Positions 9,675 through 18,822 of a stretch of 64,000 bases of DNA are shown here, piece after piece (within the stretch, counting starts at the first letter, position 1; every line of letters begins with the position of its first letter). Where the stretch lies: contig JAKFFN010000113.1 in NCBI GenBank assembly GCA_036675025.1, positions 5,337-69,336 of the forward strand, read 5' to 3'. Below the pieces are notes generated by a model that searched no databases, was not told where the DNA came from, and worked only from the letters and a program-made list of their open reading frames with translations. Origin of the DNA: Candidatus Sumerlaeales bacterium (lineage in GTDB: Bacteria > Sumerlaeota > Sumerlaeia > Sumerlaeales > Sumerlaeaceae). Made by a program: the position numbers and the translations under genes.

Positions 9675-11929
9675 AGACCGAAAGCGCTCAGCGCTTCACC
9701 GGTGGCAACTACCAACACTGGCGACTTCTCGGCCCCGGTAGAGGCCCACGCTATCTCCGGCATACTTCCATTCGCTTTGGCTTTTCCAATGATCTTTCCA
9801 GTCCCGGTATCTGCAACAATTACATCGCTATCGCGGACTCCTACCGCGACGTAGCCGCCACATGGCGATACAGCCATTGAATCAACGTGGCTTTTTTCCG
9901 GTGCTATTAATGTTTCCCACAGCCTGTTTCCATCGGATGAAAAGGCCGCCATTACTTCCATGGCAGTTTTACTACCTGCAGCCAGGATCCTGACGGGTTT
10001 ACCTTTGGCTGAAGATACCCTAACCATGTTTGCGTAAAAGCCAGGGTCGATGTCTCTTTCCCTTTCACCGGTACTGTTGAAGATGTGAACGTCGCCCAGT
10101 GCGGAAGTCGACAGCACCTCTAACTGGCCGTCACCTTCAATATCGCCGATGCAACAATGCCAGTGGTTTCCAAGCTCCTCGTTTTTCCAAAGAAGCTGCC
10201 CGTCAGGAGCTACAGCATAGAGACCCGTATGGCCATTAAAGCCGATGACGACCTCATCCTTTCCGTCTCCATCCAGATCGCCTGCAGCGGCGTCATTCAC
10301 CCCGATCTTCTGTGGGAAGTTCCACAATGCTTCTCCATTTATGGTATCGGCAAATACGTCTGAGCGCCAGTGTATGAAGGTTACTATTTCACGCTCGGCC
10401 GTTTTATCCAACTGTGCAAGTCTGACTGAACCCCCCAAACCTTCAATTGTAAATTCGCGGACGATATTACCATTAATATCGATGTCAGCGCATTTCCCTC
10501 GGTGGCCGGAGGCTACTATCACCTTCCGCTCTTCATCATAAGCCAGACCGTTCCACCGTCCGTTAAGACGCCACAGGGTTTTCATTAGAGGGTGAGCGTC
10601 GGATGTTTCAGTAGTTTGTTCCGCTGCCGCCGATGACTGTGGTTTTTCCTTAGGCTGTGCGACAAGTTTTTCGTCGCTAAGAAGAGTCTCTATCTGGCTC
10701 GTCAAAGTATCCTTAAACCTGGGACCTACTCCTTCATGGAAAGCCTGGATTGTTCCGTCTTTACCAATGACTAAAGTAGTAGGGATTGCACGTATACCAT
10801 ACGTTTTTCCAACACCGCCATCTTTATCCAGGGCTACCTTCAGCGCAAGCTTTTCCTTAATCAGGAACTTCTCGATCTCTTCTTCGCCTTCGCGCAAATT
10901 GACCGCGTAAAATTCGACCGGTTGATCATGAAATTGCTTAGCAATCTGCTCGACAAGCGGCATGCCGCGGCGACATGGCCCGCACCATGTGGCCCAGAAA
11001 TCGAAAACAATAACTTTCCCGGCGAGTGTGGCATTATCAATATTGCCACCGTCGAGAAGGGGCATGTTAAATTGCGGAGCCGGTCGTCCGAGGTGCGACG
11101 CTATGTGTATGGATGGAGTTGCCTTCTTTCCTGATGTGCCGTGTGCTGCGGTTGCGGAGTTCCTGGCCTGCAGAGTCCAATCAAATGTGGAATCAGGTAT
11201 ATCCACGTCAAATTGCCAGTCACGAAACTCTACCGAAAGTGTAGTGGTGACATCGGTCACAGCCGGCTTGCCATGCTTCTTAATTTCATCTGCCGGCAAT
11301 ATCTCGGCTTTAACCATCAGCGGCGGATGAGTATCAGTAAACCACGCATCCCAGTGAAACTGTTTCTGTTCAAAATGCAACCGATGGCAGGATTGATCAT
11401 TCCACTGCTCCGTGCCTCCGTAGGTTCCAGTTGTTACGCCGTCCATGAGGTTGTCATAGGGCATGCTGCCAAACAGGCCCGGAGAGCAAAGAATCATGCT
11501 GCTGTCGATGACTGTTCGAACCTCGAAATTAAGAGCGATTTCCTGAATCGTAGCAGGCGCCGGAGTAGTCGTAACTTCGTCCAGTGATGATTCAGACAAA
11601 GTAAGAATCTTTCCATCGCTCACAATAGTGGATCCCCTAAGGCCCTCTTTATGGATTATTGCCAATTTATTAGGGCGCTCAACGGCGATATCAAATCGGC
11701 TGTCCAATTGGTGCTTCTGTCCACCAGACGCCATTAGTATGGATGATACGGCTTTTACTGAAATCGACCTGGCCGATTTGAGACCTTCGGAATATTGCCG
11801 AACAATTTCAGAGGCCCGTGGCTCAATGGATGGTGAACTGTCTGCAGTTACCTGAGTAGCCGCGAAAACTGGAATGCTGACTGAAAACGCGGTTAATGTT
11901 GCACACCTGAGGCCGCGGCGTAGAGTCAT
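9671..11929 (-). CDS. Secreted multidomain protein: LolA-like N-domain, TlpA/ResA-type thioredoxin and C-terminal β-propeller (FG-GAP/PQQ-like)
   Basis: A signal peptide is followed by the redoxin core FDFWATWCGPCRRGMP and then propeller repeats (DLDGDGKDEVVIG; DIEGDGQLEVL). It overlaps the VOC stop by 4 nt. Confidence 0.7.
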   Translation of the reverse strand: MTLRRGLRCATLTAFSVSIPVFAATQVTADSSPSIEPRASEIVRQYSEGLKSARSISVKAVSSILMASGGQKHQLDSRFDIAVERPNKLAIIHKEGLRGSTIVSDGKILTLSESSLDEVTTTPAPATIQEIALNFEVRTVIDSSMILCSPGLFGSMPYDNLMDGVTTGTYGGTEQWNDQSCHRLHFEQKQFHWDAWFTDTHPPLMVKAEILPADEIKKHGKPAVTDVTTTLSVEFRDWQFDVDIPDSTFDWTLQARNSATAAHGTSGKKATPSIHIASHLGRPAPQFNMPLLDGGNIDNATLAGKVIVFDFWATWCGPCRRGMPLVEQIAKQFHDQPVEFYAVNLREGEEEIEKFLIKEKLALKVALDKDGGVGKTYGIRAIPTTLVIGKDGTIQAFHEGVGPRFKDTLTSQIETLLSDEKLVAQPKEKPQSSAAAEQTTETSDAHPLMKTLWRLNGRWNGLAYDEERKVIVASGHRGKCADIDINGNIVREFTIEGLGGSVRLAQLDKTAEREIVTFIHWRSDVFADTINGEALWNFPQKIGVNDAAAGDLDGDGKDEVVIGFNGHTGLYAVAPDGQLLWKNEELGNHWHCCIGDIEGDGQLEVLSTSALGDVHIFNSTGERERDIDPGFYANMVRVSSAKGKPVRILAAGSKTAMEVMAAFSSDGNRLWETLIAPEKSHVDSMAVSPCGGYVAVGVRDSDVIVADTGTGKIIGKAKANGSMPEIAWASTGAEKSPVLVVATGEALSAFGL

Positions 11930-12028
11930 GGTGATCCTCCTAGAGAGTACGCTTTGCTTGCAGTAGACACCAGTGCCGCGCCAAGGTTCTGCGGTTTGTT
12001 AACCAGTATTTGTATCTTACAAAGATTC

Positions 12029-13258
12029 TTACAAGCAACTGGTTCCGCAGAAAGATGGTGCGACAGTAACTCTTCGGCGCTCGCTGAGAGTTTTCCAGGC
12101 CAGCAGGCCAAGTCCGGTGCCCATGCACAGAATCATCGCCAGGGCCATAGGCATTGAAGTTCCGTTGGCAAGCGTACTAACAGCGCCTGAAGCCAGGGCA
12201 GCGATGAGCATTTGCAGGCTACCAATGAGAGCTGAAGCTGTGCCGGCGAATTTCTTGAATGGCGCCAGGGCTAGCGCGGTTGTGTTTGGTACCAACGGAC
12301 CTAGGCTGGCCATAAACAGGAAGATGAGGCCGGAAAAGGCAACGATGCTTGTGCTATGGGCTATGCTGGCAAGAAGTAGCCCCAGGCCTGCAACTGCAGC
12401 GATACTGCCGGCAATCAGGATGAGGCGCTGCGGCGACACATACTTAAGCACCACCCGGTTCAACTGGGCCGCGCCGATGAATCCCATGGCATTTAATCCA
12501 AAGAGCCATGCAAACTGGCTGTCGCTAAGCCCCAGAATCTTCATAAACAGAAGTGGTGCGCCGCTAATGTAGGCGAAAAGTCCTGCCATGCTGAGTCCGC
12601 CCGCCAGGGAATACACAAGGAAATCACGGTTCCGGAAAACCAGGCGATAATCGCGCATGATGGCGGCCGCGTTTAGCTCTACAGTCTCATCAGGTTCCCT
12701 ACTTTCTGGCATTAGGAAATATACCCCAACCAAGAGACTGCCGCTGAACAAAGTCAGGAATCCAAAAATCCAGCGCCATCCAAGTGTTGACGAGAAAAAG
12801 CTGCCGACAGTAGGTGCTAGAATCGGTGCGACGCCCATGATCAGCATAATGGTAGAGAGGACCTTAGCCATTTCATCAGGATGATACACATCCCGTACAA
12901 TGGCCCGACTGGCCACCATGCCCACACAGGCTCCCAATGCCAGCACACCCCGCAGCCAAACGAGCCAATACAGCCCCGGTGCAAGAGCGCAGCCGAGAGC
13001 GGCCAGTGCAAAAATGCTCAGACCGATTAACATCGGGGTCCGGCGGCCGAAACGGTCGATTAGCGGACCAACCAGGATCTGTCCTATGCAGATGCCGGCG
13101 AAATAGCTCGTAAGGGAAAGCCCGACATGGGCTACGTCAGTATTAAAGTCAATTGCGATAGCGTTAAAGCCGGGAAGGTACATATCGATGGCAAACGGAC
13201 CCAGTGCACCCAGGGCCCCAAGCATTCCAAGCAGCTGAACATGTTGTTTTCGCGTCAT
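12029..13258 (-). CDS. MFS transporter (Bcr/CflA DHA1-like)
   Basis: It is predicted to have 12 TM helices. It has the MFS signature GPLIDRFGRRTPMLIG after TM2. Confidence 0.85.
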   Translation of the reverse strand: MTRKQHVQLLGMLGALGALGPFAIDMYLPGFNAIAIDFNTDVAHVGLSLTSYFAGICIGQILVGPLIDRFGRRTPMLIGLSIFALAALGCALAPGLYWLVWLRGVLALGACVGMVASRAIVRDVYHPDEMAKVLSTIMLIMGVAPILAPTVGSFFSSTLGWRWIFGFLTLFSGSLLVGVYFLMPESREPDETVELNAAAIMRDYRLVFRNRDFLVYSLAGGLSMAGLFAYISGAPLLFMKILGLSDSQFAWLFGLNAMGFIGAAQLNRVVLKYVSPQRLILIAGSIAAVAGLGLLLASIAHSTSIVAFSGLIFLFMASLGPLVPNTTALALAPFKKFAGTASALIGSLQMLIAALASGAVSTLANGTSMPMALAMILCMGTGLGLLAWKTLSERRRVTVAPSFCGTSCL

Positions 13259-13393
13259 ATCAAAAAGAGACAGTAAGGTTCTTAACTAATTCAGGGGTTT
13301 CCCCGGCTCTATGCTACATAAAACTTTGCCTTGCCCAATCCTCACTGCTTGTAGTTTCAATCCTGCGTTTGTATTTCAATTAAGGATAATGCC

Positions 13394-14206
13394 ATGAGCA
13401 ACTTAGGTCTCGATATCGCACCACGTACCTTTCGCGGTACACACAAGCACGAAGGGTACCAGGAGTTCTTCTCTCCAGAGACGAAAGAAATGCGGTATTT
13501 GAGCTACGGGCGCCTTGTGTTATCTCAGTCTGTGCCTTCTCATAAGCTCGCAACGGGCGAGAGGGAGGTAATACTTTTCGCAGTGAAGGCTCCGGTTAAA
13601 GTAAAGATTGCGGCTGAAGAGTTTGAACTGGGCGAATTTGACATGCTTTATGTTCCGCGGAACACAGAGGCTGATATTTCCGGACCAGCAGGTGCGGACG
13701 TGGTTGTAGCCGGAAGCATAAGTGAAAAAGATTCGAAGCCCCAGGTCATCCGATATGCCGACGTGAAAGATAATCCGGACTATTACTTCGACGTAGGTTC
13801 GGAGGAGCTTGGAACCAGGCGACGTATCTTTAATATGGTAGGCCATAACGTAGACGCGTCCCGACTGCTTGCCGGCTTTACCATTGGTGAAAAAAGCGCC
13901 TGGACCAGCTGGCCTCCCCATGAACATCACACCAGCAAGGAAGAGTTCTATCTCTTCTTCAATATGCCGAAGCCGGCATTTAGCGTACAGTTTGTCTATT
14001 CCAACGTAGACGATATGGAATATGCCGAGGTGGTGCAGGAAGGGGATTGTGTCACAATTCCCGGTGGCTACCATCCTACCGCAGCAGCGCCTGGCTACAG
14101 CAGCGTTTTCCTCTGGGTAATGGCTGCCTATGACCCTGAGAAGGATCGCGACTTTAAGCATGGTATAAACATTCAGCCGGATTACCAGGCTGTGAAATTC
14201 GTTTAA
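13394..14206 (+). CDS. KduI/IolB-family cupin isomerase (5-keto-4-deoxyuronate isomerase-like)
   Basis: It has bicupin architecture. It sits next to a KduD-type SDR. An AAGGAT RBS precedes the start. Confidence 0.75.
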   Translation: MSNLGLDIAPRTFRGTHKHEGYQEFFSPETKEMRYLSYGRLVLSQSVPSHKLATGEREVILFAVKAPVKVKIAAEEFELGEFDMLYVPRNTEADISGPAGADVVVAGSISEKDSKPQVIRYADVKDNPDYYFDVGSEELGTRRRIFNMVGHNVDASRLLAGFTIGEKSAWTSWPPHEHHTSKEEFYLFFNMPKPAFSVQFVYSNVDDMEYAEVVQEGDCVTIPGGYHPTAAAPGYSSVFLWVMAAYDPEKDRDFKHGINIQPDYQAVKFV

Positions 14207-14265
14207 TGCCAGTTCCCGGGGCCTGCTGGATAATCAAAAAATCCCTGTCACTGGTTGGCCGCATC

Positions 14266-16260
14266 ATGTTCAAGCCAGCTTTAGTAGTTGTGCTTGCCGT
14301 TTCGACCGGCCTTGGCAGTGCCGAGCCTTATCCGTTAACTAAAGATTACTGTAACCTTTTCGTGACCTATGCGCTGCATGCGAAATCGCTTTGGCATGAC
14401 GGTGCAGAAGGCGGCTACTGGGGCGATGGCTTCGATCATAAAAACCAGAACGGAGCCGTCCGCGGCAACTGCAATACGCTGCTGACTTACGCGATGCTGG
14501 TCCGCGGATTGGATAGTGGGTGGCTGCAACCTGCCGATGTAAAGGCACTGGAGCGGGCGGGACTCGACCGGCATGAAATGATTAAGTACATCCGGCAGAA
14601 CCTGGCTTACCTTGTTGCCCATCACAAGTCCGCCGCAGCACCGGCGGCTCCTGCGTGGGGGTATAGCTGGCAATCCTCGCTCTGGATGCAGTCGCTCGGT
14701 CCTGCCGTCTTGCTAAGCTGGAATGAGATCGGAAATGATCTAAAAGACGGAGTGGCAAGGGTGGCCGCTGCCGAAGCTGACTGGGTGGCTTCCCGACCAC
14801 CAAAAGATCACGCGCCGGGCGATACAGGTGCCGAAGAAAACGCATGGAATACCGCTGCCCCGGCAGTAGCCCTGGCGCTCAAGCCAGATGCCACAAGTTC
14901 TACCCTGTGGTGGAAAACGCTGAGATCGTATTCCGTTAATACCTTTAGCCATCCGGCAGACAAACGCTCGTCGCAGACCGTCGGGCAGGATAAAGTCTCA
15001 GAGCTTGTTTCTACCACCAATGTAAGCGCAGACTGGTCACTGATAAACCATGGCTTCTTTCACCCGGATTATGTTCAGGTATCAGGCCAGCACCTTGGAG
15101 AAGCCTGGATCATTTTAACCCTGGGCGACGCTGTGAACGGAACGAACCTCGCCGAGCAGTATGTGCCCTACAGCCTTCACAACGTCCGTGAAACATGGGA
15201 AAATGTCATGCGGCCGCTTCTCCTGCCGACCGGCGAGTTCGCGTATCCCGCAGGTAACGACTGGACATACCATTGTTCCACGAACCAGGGCTATTTCGCT
15301 TTCATTGCCACAGCACTGGATAGCTACGATGCGGCCGAAGCGGAGGCTCGGGCCCTGGAACACGTGAAGGCGCGCCGCGAAGCCGGACCAGTGGGCAGGC
15401 TATTGGGCGACAGCAACCTGGAATGGTGGTGGGAACCGCTTGTGTGCAAAAGAATGGCCACTGCGCTATTGCACCACATCCTAAGGCCGGGAATTATCAG
15501 GCGGCCCGATGTGGATGCGACCATCGACCGGCTGACCACCACAGTCCAACTGAGTGATGCCAATATCTGGTGGCACCGGACGCCTCATTATTTCTTTTCC
15601 GTCAGTTCCAAAAAGCCGAAACTCGCTTATTTTGCTCCCCTTGGCGGATACGGAGATACTGCTCCTTATACCACACTGCCGGGTAAGGGATCTCTGCTGC
15701 CAAAAGACCCATGGGATTTTCAACCTCAGGATATGAAAGGTGAAAAGCAGGTAGCCGGCGGTACTTTCTGGCGCGATGGCAAGGCAATAGGCGCTGTGCT
15801 ATGCATGCAGTTTTCCACGGTGATCCTTAGCCGCGACGGATTCCGCGCATTGCCGGTGGAGAATGATAGCCTGACTGATCCCGGTAGAACCGTTACTACG
15901 GTGGCGGGATCGCGGTTCTTTCCAGCCCTGAAGAAAAAGAAAGGCATGTGGCTTCCCGGGCCCTGGCTTTGCGTAGACAATGCCTTTGGATTCATCTCAC
16001 CCAGTGGATTCCGCTGGGATCCGGCAGGCGGATGGAACCAGAAAAGCGTAGCTGTCGATAAAGTTGGACCCCGGGCAGATGCTGGTGCGTGGCAGATGCT
16101 AACTGCTGATGAAGAAGCCACCAGGGCTACAGCGGCGGTCTTTGCGGAAGATGTTACTTCGACTGGGGTTGTGGCCATTATTAAAGATGGTCCCCAGGGA
16201 AAGCGCTACAGGGCGCGGCTGACCGACAATGGAGTTGAGTATGATGTACTCGCAGAATAA
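14266..16260 (+). CDS. Secreted hypothetical protein (candidate polysaccharide lyase or unsaturated-uronyl hydrolase)
   Basis: A signal peptide (MFKPALVVVLAVSTGLGSA) starts at the ATG at 14266. The protein is large, with no motif I can assign. It sits between the KduI-like and KduD-like genes. Confidence 0.55.
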   Translation: MFKPALVVVLAVSTGLGSAEPYPLTKDYCNLFVTYALHAKSLWHDGAEGGYWGDGFDHKNQNGAVRGNCNTLLTYAMLVRGLDSGWLQPADVKALERAGLDRHEMIKYIRQNLAYLVAHHKSAAAPAAPAWGYSWQSSLWMQSLGPAVLLSWNEIGNDLKDGVARVAAAEADWVASRPPKDHAPGDTGAEENAWNTAAPAVALALKPDATSSTLWWKTLRSYSVNTFSHPADKRSSQTVGQDKVSELVSTTNVSADWSLINHGFFHPDYVQVSGQHLGEAWIILTLGDAVNGTNLAEQYVPYSLHNVRETWENVMRPLLLPTGEFAYPAGNDWTYHCSTNQGYFAFIATALDSYDAAEAEARALEHVKARREAGPVGRLLGDSNLEWWWEPLVCKRMATALLHHILRPGIIRRPDVDATIDRLTTTVQLSDANIWWHRTPHYFFSVSSKKPKLAYFAPLGGYGDTAPYTTLPGKGSLLPKDPWDFQPQDMKGEKQVAGGTFWRDGKAIGAVLCMQFSTVILSRDGFRALPVENDSLTDPGRTVTTVAGSRFFPALKKKKGMWLPGPWLCVDNAFGFISPSGFRWDPAGGWNQKSVAVDKVGPRADAGAWQMLTADEEATRATAAVFAEDVTSTGVVAIIKDGPQGKRYRARLTDNGVEYDVLAE

Positions 16261-16273
16261 GGATAACGGATAG

Positions 16274-17032
16274 ATGGAAATGTTTCGCCTTGATGGCAAG
16301 ATAGCGCTGATTACCGGCGGCACGGCAGGGATAGGACAGGCCATTTGCGAGGGCATGGCCGCCGCAGGGGCAGATGTAGTTGCTGTTGGTTCAAGTGGAA
16401 GATTTGACGAAACGAAGGCCTCCGTTGAGATTCATGGGCGAAAGTTTTATGGGATAACCGCTGATCTGTCTGACATGGTACAGGTGCAGCAGCTTGTATC
16501 GGAAACAGTCAAAGTCCTGGGCCGTATTGACATCCTGGTCAACAACGCCGGCATCATCCGCCGAACGGCCTGCACTGACTTTTCCGAAGAAGACTGGGAT
16601 TACGTAATGAACGTAAATCTCAAAGCTGCCTTCTTCCTGGCGCAGGCTGCGGCCAAAGCTTTCCTGGAGCAGGGCAGCGGCGGGAAGATCATTAACATCG
16701 CTTCCTTGCTATCGTTCCAGGGCGGCATCCTGGTACCGTCCTACACTGCAAGTAAATCAGCATTGGCCGGCATAACAAAAACACTGGCCAACGAGTGGGC
16801 ATCAAAAAATATAAACGTAAACGCGATTGCTCCCGGCTATATTGCCACGGCCAATACCCAGGCGCTTCGTGATGACCCTGTGCGCAATAAAGCCATCCTG
16901 GATCGAATACCGGCCAATCGGTGGGGCGACGCCAGGGATATCGCCGGCATGGCCGTTTTCCTTGCTTCCCCGGCTGCAGCGTACTGCCATGGTGGAATTT
17001 ACCCGGTAGACGGCGGCTGGCTCGGCAGGTGA
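16274..17032 (+). CDS. kduD: SDR oxidoreductase, KduD-like (2-dehydro-3-deoxy-D-gluconate 5-dehydrogenase)
   Basis: It has the Rossmann motif TGGTAGIGQA and an NNAG block. The catalytic residues S, Y and K of YTASK are present. Confidence 0.8.
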   Translation: MEMFRLDGKIALITGGTAGIGQAICEGMAAAGADVVAVGSSGRFDETKASVEIHGRKFYGITADLSDMVQVQQLVSETVKVLGRIDILVNNAGIIRRTACTDFSEEDWDYVMNVNLKAAFFLAQAAAKAFLEQGSGGKIINIASLLSFQGGILVPSYTASKSALAGITKTLANEWASKNINVNAIAPGYIATANTQALRDDPVRNKAILDRIPANRWGDARDIAGMAVFLASPAAAYCHGGIYPVDGGWLGR

Positions 17033-17175
17033 TGAGCACTGAGACATAAAAGATAACCTTTATGTTATGTGGAGTGGTAGACAGGGTGAAATCTGTATAA
17101 ACCACGGCAGATGCATAAATAAAAGTCGTGGAACGGGTTAAAGGTCCGAGGTTCAGCCAGTCCGGAGGATATACC

Positions 17176-17373
17176 ATGCCAGTACCAAGACGGCGCCACT
17201 GCCCCGCACGGCGGGATCGCAGGCGCGCCAACCACAAGATGACAGCCATTCAGGGCTACAAAGAGTGCGCAAACTGCGAGAAGCCGCGTTTGCCGCATCG
17301 TGTATGTCCGAACTGCGGCGAGTTCAAAGGCCGCTTTTACGGCAAGGCCAAAGACGCAAATCAGACCGCTTAA
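17176..17373 (+). CDS. rpmF: 50S ribosomal protein L32
   Basis: The sequence MPVPRRRHCPARRDRRR...CANCEKPRLPHRVCPNCGEFKG includes the L32 zinc ribbon. A GGAGG RBS precedes the start. The track start at 17128 is too long. Confidence 0.85.
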   Translation: MPVPRRRHCPARRDRRRANHKMTAIQGYKECANCEKPRLPHRVCPNCGEFKGRFYGKAKDANQTA

Positions 17374-17423
17374 GTTTTGATTTGCCGCTCACGCGGCAGC
17401 CTTCATGAAGGTGTCAAGTTTGT

Positions 17424-17465
17424 CGCCCGGTTTCCCGGTTCATCCGGAAGAAACCGGGCGATTTT
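17424..17465 (+). terminator. Rho-independent terminator after rpmF
   Basis: A perfect 11-bp stem (CGCCCGGTTTC / GAAACCGGGCG) is followed by ATTTT. Confidence 0.65.
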
Positions 17466-17573
17466 ACTTGATGGCCGTTTTCCGCTTTAATCTTTTATGA
17501 TTCTTTGTGTACTAAGACCCTTGGCGGCAGGCTTCGGCCGGGCCGCCACTATTTTGCTTTGATAAGTTGGAGA

Positions 17574-18671
17574 ATGGCATCTCGTTTCGCCCGATTACGT
17601 GAACAGGTTCGAATTCGCCGCCAGGAACGCTACCGCGGACCTGTAACAGTGGCCCTGGACGTTATGGGATCAGAAATCGGTCCAGAGGAAATGCTGCGGG
17701 GGGCACTGGAGGCAGTAGAGTCACTGCCGCTGGTAACTGTCATTTGCGTTGGTGATGAAAAGGCCATAAAGAAAGCCATGCAGCGCCTGGTGATCTCGCA
17801 TCCGCGGATTCAGGTAGAGCCTTCTACGGAAATCGTAGGCATGGACGAACAGCCTCACCAGTCACTAAAGAAAGAAGACAGTAGCATTGCCGTGGCTGCA
17901 AGGCTGGTGCATGAGAAGATTGCGGATGCCGTAGTTTCGCCCGGTAACACCGGGGCGACCATGGCCACGTGTATGGTGCAGTGGAAGCGGCTTCCCGGTA
18001 TTGCCCGTCCCGCTATTGCTACTGTTCTGCCTCATCCCAAGCGCCCCTGTCTGCTTCTCGATGTAGGTGCAAACGTTGAAGTGAAGGGGCGCCATTTGCT
18101 CCACTTCGCCATTATGGGCTCTACCTACGCCCGGTACGTACTGCATCGGCGAAATCCCAGAGTCGGTGTTCTCTCTAACGGTGAAGAAGACTGTAAGGGT
18201 ACGGAGATCGTAAAAGAAGCTGCCGGATACCTGCGAGCTTCCACTTTAAATTTTCACGGAAATGCCGAGGGTCGCGATCTTATGAACGGCAGCTTCGACG
18301 TTGCCGTTTGCGATGGATTTGTAGGTAACATCGTTCTGAAGTTTGGAGAAGCCCTCGGTGAGTTCATTATGACGAACCTTAAAGAAGAGGTTCGGCGGAA
18401 CGTAATATCGCAAGTAGGTGCCCTGGCCATGCTGCCCGCGCTTCAGCGGTTTCGTAAGCAGGTCGACCATGCGGAATACGGTGGGGCGCCCCTGCTGGGG
18501 CTAAACGGCGTGTGTATTATCTGTCATGGATCGTCACGAGCCAAGGCTATTAGAAACGCTATTCGTGTAGCCAGTGAACAGGTAAGCCTCCGGGTAAACC
18601 AGCACATTCTCGAAGTGCTGCGCGAGAATCCCGATATCCATACGAAACCGCCAGAGGCAGCCGTAAGATAG
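17574..18671 (+). CDS. plsX: Phosphate acyltransferase PlsX
   Basis: It has PlsX-family blocks (VALDVMGSE, LLLDVGANVE, ICHGSS). It follows rpmF in the conserved order. The start is taken at the ATG at 17574 with a GGAG RBS. Confidence 0.85.
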   Translation: MASRFARLREQVRIRRQERYRGPVTVALDVMGSEIGPEEMLRGALEAVESLPLVTVICVGDEKAIKKAMQRLVISHPRIQVEPSTEIVGMDEQPHQSLKKEDSSIAVAARLVHEKIADAVVSPGNTGATMATCMVQWKRLPGIARPAIATVLPHPKRPCLLLDVGANVEVKGRHLLHFAIMGSTYARYVLHRRNPRVGVLSNGEEDCKGTEIVKEAAGYLRASTLNFHGNAEGRDLMNGSFDVAVCDGFVGNIVLKFGEALGEFIMTNLKEEVRRNVISQVGALAMLPALQRFRKQVDHAEYGGAPLLGLNGVCIICHGSSRAKAIRNAIRVASEQVSLRVNQHILEVLRENPDIHTKPPEAAVR

Positions 18672-18822
18672 GGGCAATTGGGCGTCAAATAATTGCAGAT
18701 AAGGCGGGTACGCTTTGTCTGGGCAAAAACTAGTAAAAGTTGTAGAGTAACAGTAGTAGCGGTGCAATTCTCCCCCGCAAATGCAGGGGCTTTAGTCGTT
18801 CGAAAGGATCACACAAACCGGC

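Noticed and set aside
17505-17573. N-terminal extension of plsX
   Set aside because: It is not conserved PlsX sequence and would overlap the rpmF terminator. The ATG at 17574 with a GGAG RBS is preferred.
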